A DNA stretch of 64,000 nt, from NCBI RefSeq assembly GCF_003918875.1, contig NW_025767301.1, positions 1,054,001-1,118,000 of the forward strand. The letters are read 5' to 3'. Below, piece after piece: positions 58,290-64,000 of the stretch; the first letter of the stretch is position 1; each line of letters begins with the position of its first letter. Position numbers and translations under genes: made by a program. The notes under the pieces were generated by a model. The model worked only from the letters and a program-made list of their open reading frames with translations. It was not told where the DNA came from and searched no databases. The stretch is from Haliotis rubra (Eukaryota).

Positions 58290-59153
58290 CACTAAACGCC
58301 AAAAGAAACGTTACCCTCCTACCTTTATGAATTATTGAAAAACCATCAAAGATATGTTAGAAGGTATTAGTTTACAAGAAAGCGTAACAACACAGCTTTA
58401 TGCAAATCACGAAACGAAATTCTCAAATGCATTCATATTTAGGTGAAATGCATCTTTTTCAAAAGAGTTAAATTGTCCTATTTTCGTCCATGCCGAAATA
58501 TACCAATAACAGTGATTGATGTCCAAAAGAAAGGTTGAAATGAAATTCTGCTTTGGGATAAACAGTAAAATTCTGCTTTGAGATAAACCATTTAGAGTCA
58601 CCATATTTCAATAATCATTCCTATGATTTCAGTCTTTTAAAACATTTTCTGCTGATTTGCATTAGTGAAAACAAGTAAAACGTGTCTTTGATATTGTGAA
58701 AAAATGTTTAGGAACATCTACAATGATCTTTGTTAACATTTTTGCTTGCAAAGTAACATTTTTTCCATTTTCTGTTTACACATAGCAATATCAATCGCTA
58801 AAACGCATCAATATTCAAGCAGTATTTGGATCCATTTCACATGTAGAATAATTCTATAGAGTATGAAAAGAGCCTAGAAAAGATATGATACACAAGTACG
58901 AGAAACATGCCATGGTTAACAGCTGAAGAGAGAGAAAGAGCCATTGGGATGGTGCAGATGGGATCGACATACAATGTTGTTGCCAATGCTCATGGATGCC
59001 ACCGTATCACGGTTATAAGACTTATTCAGGGCTTCAGACCGACTGGGGCCACCGCAGACAGACCAAGAAGTGGACGTCCACGCATCACAACCCCTGTTGA
59101 AGATAGGTACATCCGTCATTAAAGGAGGGTAGCGTTTCTTTTGGCGTTTAGTG
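58290..59153 (+). mobile_element. Tc1/mariner deletion derivative retaining the N-terminal HTH ORF (58907-59122)
   Basis: ~31-bp TIRs cactaaacgccaaaagaaacgYtaccctcct, TA TSDs, ORF with RPRSGRPRITT..EDR. Confidence 0.9.
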
Positions 59154-59203
59154 TATATATGGAATCCGTAAATAAACATAATCACTGATAATATAATACC
59201 TAT

Positions 59204-59333
59204 NNNNNNNNNNNNNNNNNNNNNNNNNNNNNNNNNNNNNNNNNNNNNNNNNNNNNNNNNNNNNNNNNNNNNNNNNNNNNNNNNNNNNNNNNNNNNNNNN
59301 NNNNNNNNNNNNNNNNNNNNNNNNNNNNNNNNN
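59204..59333. other. Assembly gap
   Basis: N run. Confidence 1.
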
Positions 59334-59375
59334 ATATACAGTATATATAGACATAGATAAATAGATAGATATATA

Positions 59376-59945
59376 CACAAAGAACTCAATTAAGCAACCC
59401 CTGTAAATTTGCAATTATAGCTTTTCCACACGTACATAAAACTCCTCATGGTGACCACCATGGAAAAAACATGAGTGTTTCTGACCTGTGTGATCCTTTG
59501 ACTCATAAAAAACGACAAAATTATTGGAATCCATGTTGATTTTATAATGATAATTGCTCATTTAAAAAGCACACACAGTGTTCATAACGTTTCGAGAATA
59601 GCTAGCCAGGAATGTTTAATATTGAATTTATTGGTGAATTTGAACATTCAAAATGTGATTTTGCGTGTTTTACACGATTCAAGGTCAATACCGAGTGTAA
59701 CCTCCATGTGACTGTATGGCAGCCAGCACTCTCCTCCTCATACTACCTGTCAGCCTCCTGATCCTCTGAAGGGGCAGTCGACGCCCCTCGTGTAAAGCAG
59801 CTTCAACTTGGACCAGCTTCTGTACAGGAGGACCCCTTTGTTGCACACGGCGACCAGTAATGTCCCAGATATGCTCCAAAGGGTTAAGACCGGGGCTCAC
59901 TCAATCGTGAGATATGTCAGGGGGTGCTTAACTAAGTTCTTTGTG
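59376..59945 (-). mobile_element. Tc1/mariner deletion derivative retaining the C-terminal transposase fragment (59685-59900)
   Basis: TIRs cacaaagaact..ttaagca.ccctg, TA TSDs; SPxLNPLEHIW...GGYTRY. Confidence 0.85.
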
Positions 59946-60244
59946 TAGAGATAGATATATAGATAAATAGATCGAAGTTGGGCTACGATGCCATGCATCA
60001 GCCAAGTAGTCTGACCAGGTAATCTCATCAGTCGCCACTTACGACAAGCGTGGATTAATCTCATCACTTGTAATCCGGATCTTCATGGGTTACGCCCCTC
60101 TCATCTTAGTCGAAGTTACGTGCAAGCGCGACACATACACAAGCATGTTAGTTACAATAAACACAACACAATAAACAAACTGCTTAAGCAATGGACGAGG
60201 CACACCGTAGTTGATGAGAAGAATACAGAATCGCGTGGATTCCT

Positions 60245-60465
60245 GGTTGGTATGTTATGTGACGCCGCATTCAGCAATATACCAGCTATATGGCGGCGGT
60301 CAATCCAGACAATCCAGTGGTCAACATCATGAGCATTGTTCTACGTAATTGGGTTACGATGACATGTGTCAACCAAGCCAGGGAGCCTGACCACCTGATG
60401 CCATTACGCCTCTTACAACAAGCATTGGTTGCTGAAGACCAATTCTAACCCGGATCTTCACGGGT
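60245..60465 (-). mobile_element. SINE-like family B copy (a degenerate one also lies at ~59975-60090)
   Basis: Homology. Confidence 0.85.
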
Positions 60466-60545
60466 AGGATTCCTACGCGTGTTAGTGCGACTGTCATACT
60501 AGACGATAATCCGTATTTCATTGCCGTCGAGAACCAGACACTCAC

Positions 60546-60752
60546 CTTTGTACCATTATCTGCCACAGGTTCAAAGTCGCTTAATATAATATTAAGTCGC
60601 TCCAAGATGGTAGATTCCTGCAATCCTGGGGAAACCTTATAGGTGAACTTTGCCTCTGGGTATTGAAAGAAGAGCCTAAGGTTGATGGCGAACCCGGCCA
60701 TGTCAATAGCGAAAGGGCGAGGAAAGGTAAGTCCCGTCAACCAGCCAGTCAC
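60546..60752 (-). CDS. GT43 glucuronosyltransferase exon (VTGW...RPFAIDMAGFAINL...GLQES...EPVADNGTK)
   Basis: RPF.IDMAGFA and QES catalytic motifs; 207 nt, cag / gtgagt. Confidence 0.94.
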
Positions 60753-61019
60753 CTGTGAAGGTAGATTGGTATTATATGAATAAAAGAACATAAGCCTCAA
60801 AGAGGAGGGACGATCTGTTGAAGAACATTCCCGAAGTTCTTATTTAGGCAAGTGCTCAACTTACGTTTGACTTAATTCAGTAAAAAGCACGTGTTGATTA
60901 CTGGTGAGGACACAGCTTCCCGGTAACCTAGGACACCCAATGGATTAAGTCATTTGGTTATGAACAATAAACACTAAGACTCATATCGACACATTTGTTA
61001 AGGGATTTCGTCAAGATAG

Positions 61020-62299
61020 TAAAGGTGGCATTGAGAGAGTAAATGTGGAAATTAGAGAGTAAAGGTGGAATCGAGGTGGCACAGGTGGAATCGAAATAGT
61101 AAATGTGGAATTGACGTAGCAGGTAGCAGGAATCGAGGTAGCAGGGGTAGAATCGAGGTAGTTAAGGTGGAGTCGAAGTAGCAGAGGTGGAGTCGAGGTA
61201 GTTAAGGTGGAATCGGGGTAGCAGAGGTGGAATCGAGGTAGTTAAGGTGGAGTCGAGGTAGTTAAGGTGGAGTCGAGGTAGTTAAGTTGGAATCGAGGTA
61301 GCAGAGGTGGAATCGAGGTGGAGTCGAGGTAGTTAAGTTGGAATCGAGGTAGCAGAGGTGGAATCGAGGTAGTTAAGGTGGAGTCGAGGTAGTTAAGGTG
61401 GAATCGGGGTAGTTAAGGTGGAATCGAGGTAGTTAAGTTGGAATCAAGGTAGTTAATGTGGACTCGAGGTAGTAACAGTTGAATCGAGGTAGTTAAGGTG
61501 GAGTCGAGGTAGTTAAGTTGGAATCGAGGTAGTTAAGGTGGAGTCGAGGTAGTTAAGGTGGAGTCGAGGTAGTTAAGTTGGAATCGAGGTAGCAGAGGTG
61601 GAATCGAGGTGGAGTCGAGGTAGTTAAGTTGGAATCGAGGTAGCAGAGGTGGAATCGAGGTAGTTAAGGTGGAGTCGAGGTAGTTAAGGTGGAATCGGGG
61701 TAGTTAAGGTGGAATCGAGGTAGTTAAGTTGGAATCAAGGTAGTTAATGTGGACTCGAGGTAGTAACAGTTGAATCGAGGTAGTTAAGGTGGAGTCGAGG
61801 TAGTTAAGTTGGAATCGAGGTAGTTAAGGTGGAGTCGAGGTAGTTAAGGTGGAGTCGAGGTAGTTAAGGTGGAATCGGGGTAGTTAAGGTGGAATCGAGG
61901 TAGTTAAGGTGGAGTCGAGGTAGTTAAGGTGGAATCGGGGTAGCAGAGGTGGAATCGAGGTAGTTAAGTTGGAGTCGAGGTAGTTAAGTTGGAATCGAGG
62001 TAGTTAAGGTGGAGTCGAGGTAGTTAAGGTGGAGTCGAGGTAGTTAAGGTGGAATCGGGGTAGTTAAGGTGGAATCGAGGTAGTTAAGGTGGAGTCGAGG
62101 TAGTTAAGGTGGAGTCGAGGTAGTTAAGGTGGAATCGAGGTAGTTAAGGTGGAGTCGAGGTAGTTAAGGTGGAGTCGAGGTAGTTAAGGTGGAGTCGAGG
62201 TAGTAACAGTGGAATCGAGGTAGTTAAGTTGGAATCGAGGTAGTTAAGGTGGAGTCGAGGTAGTTAAGGTGGAATCGAGGTAGTTAAGGTGGAATCGAG
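61020..62299. repeat. 20-bp G-rich minisatellite (gaggtagttaaggtggaRtc)n
   Basis: ~60 units inside a glucuronosyltransferase intron. Confidence 0.97.
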
Positions 62300-62373
62300 T
62301 TATTGGCATGAGTATATAATCATTTTGGTACAATCTGGAATCAAAGTAGGAATGGAAATATAGTGGCAATGAC

Positions 62374-62460
62374 CTTTCCATTAGTAACGACTGGTCCTCC
62401 ATATTTCAAGTGTCCTGTAAATCCCACAGGCCAAACTGCAACCTTCTGGGCCATCCGCAT
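62374..62460 (-). CDS. GT43 beta-1,3-glucuronosyltransferase exon (MRMAQKVAVWPVGFTGHLKYGGPVVTNGK)
   Basis: MR...KV.VWPVG motif of the GlcAT/B3GAT family; ctag acceptor, AAG|gtcatt donor, 87 nt. Confidence 0.9.
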
Positions 62461-63104
62461 CTAGAATAAAGCAACAGTTTCTGGACGTTGACGGCTTATG
62501 TGTTTGCGCTTAAATCTAAGCATAAAGATTTAGAGTTTCAACATGCTATCAAGAAGACACAAAGCGGACAACTTCAAGTTTACAGTTAGTTTTCCTTTAT
62601 TTCGTCCTGTTCTTGCGTCCACATTTCACAGCTTTGATACTCTGTTTCTTCAAACAACGCCATATGACACTGGCTCCCAAGTTGTTTGTTACAACATGAA
62701 AGGCCCTACAAATCTGAGAAATGATGCTCGATTCAGTTTCCTACTTTGTAAAATGTGTTACCGTGTTTGGTCAGATTAAAGATTATTCATTCTTGCTTAT
62801 GATGTAGCCTATGCCTTTCTTTGGAAGCTTGACAACATGTGCTCTTGTTACTACGGAAATATTCTTATCTCTGATTTTAGTTATATTTCAACTGCTTGTA
62901 TGTTTTATACTGCAATTGAAAATGAATCGTAGCTGACATTTGTACTCTCTATTGTTTACTGCCATTGTAGTTACATTGCAGTTATTTGTACTCATTTGTA
63001 GACTTAGTTTATTTTATGATACGATTGTTAAGTTATATAATACGACTGTTTTTTGGACACGTAACATTATATATTTCAAATGTTGATTCCCGTGTACCCG
63101 TATT

Positions 63105-64000
63105 CTTCAGATGTGTATTTACCTGACGTCTTGTCTTCTTCAGATATGTATTTACCTGACATCTTCATATATGTATTTACCTGACGTCTTGACTTCTTCA
63201 GATGTGTATTTACCTGACGTCTTGTCTTCTTCAGATATATATTTACCTGACATCTTCAGATATGTATTTACCTGACGTCTTGACTTCTTCAGATGTGTAT
63301 TTACCTGACGTCTTGTCTTCTTCAGATATATATTTACCTTACGTCTTCAAATGTGTATTTACCTGACGTCTTGACTTCTTCAGATGTGTATTTACCTGAC
63401 GTCTTGTCTTCTTCAGATATGTATTTACCTGACATCTTCAGATATGTATTTACCTGACGTCTTGACTTCTTCAGATGTGTATTTACCTGACGTCTTGTCT
63501 TCTTCAGATATATATTTACCTGACGTCTTCAGATATGTGTTTACCTGACAACTTGACTTCTTCAGATTTGTGTTTACCTGACATCTTCAGATATGTATTT
63601 ACCTGACGTCTTGACTTCTTCAGATGTGTATTTACCTGACGTCTTGACATCTTCAGATATGTGTTTACCTGACAACTTGACTTCTTCAGATATGTGTTTA
63701 CCTGACGTCTTCAGATGTGTATATACCCCATGCCTTAACGCCTTCAGATATGTATTTACGGAACGTCTTCAGATATGTATTTATCAAACGTCTTGACATC
63801 TTCAGATATGTATTTACCTGACGTCTTGACATCTTCAGATATGTTTTTACCTGACGTCTTCACTTCTTCAGATGTTTTTACCTGGCGTCTTGACATCTTC
63901 AGATATGTATTTACCTGGCGTTTTGACTTCTTCAGATGTGTATTTACCTGACGTCTTGACATCTTCAGATATGTATTTACCTGTCGTCTTGACCTTTTCA
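63105..64000. repeat. ~25/33-bp minisatellite (ttcagatRtgtatttacctgacgtcttgacttc), runs off the window
   Basis: Direct tandem repeats. Confidence 0.95.

Noticed and set aside
63593-63962. Repetitive ORFs (YLPDVLTSSD)n
   Set aside because: Translation of a minisatellite

Overview
Eukaryotic (animal) genomic DNA, AT-rich, with three N-gaps. The SINE repertoire looks molluscan, plausibly abalone-like; this is an inference. Positions 1-47.1 kb hold a nearly complete minus-strand, multi-exon gene for a PP2A regulatory B' subunit (B56 gamma/delta type, PPP2R5C/D-like), from MPNKTKKEK (47087) to ...RRKSELP...N* (865). Positions 58.0-62.5 kb hold the last three coding exons of a minus-strand GT43 beta-1,3-glucuronosyltransferase (B3GAT-like). 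Introns and intergenic DNA carry three SINE-like families, many non-autonomous DNA transposons, two Tc1 deletion derivatives, a LINE 3' fragment, three minisatellites, a SINE-head tandem array and a 1.9-kb tandem duplication. Main points of interest: (1) an anciently duplicated, apparently mutually exclusive B56 exon pair (10449-10573 / 9233-9358) with complementary intronic 11-mers flanking one copy; (2) a non-tRNA retroposon whose precisely defined 5' head folds into a pseudoknotted three-way junction (ribozyme candidate) and has amplified into a 50-bp tandem array; (3) a minisatellite that grew from an exon's splice donor; (4) candidate microexon and alternative first/last exons. Several single-base indels suggest residual consensus errors in the assembly.
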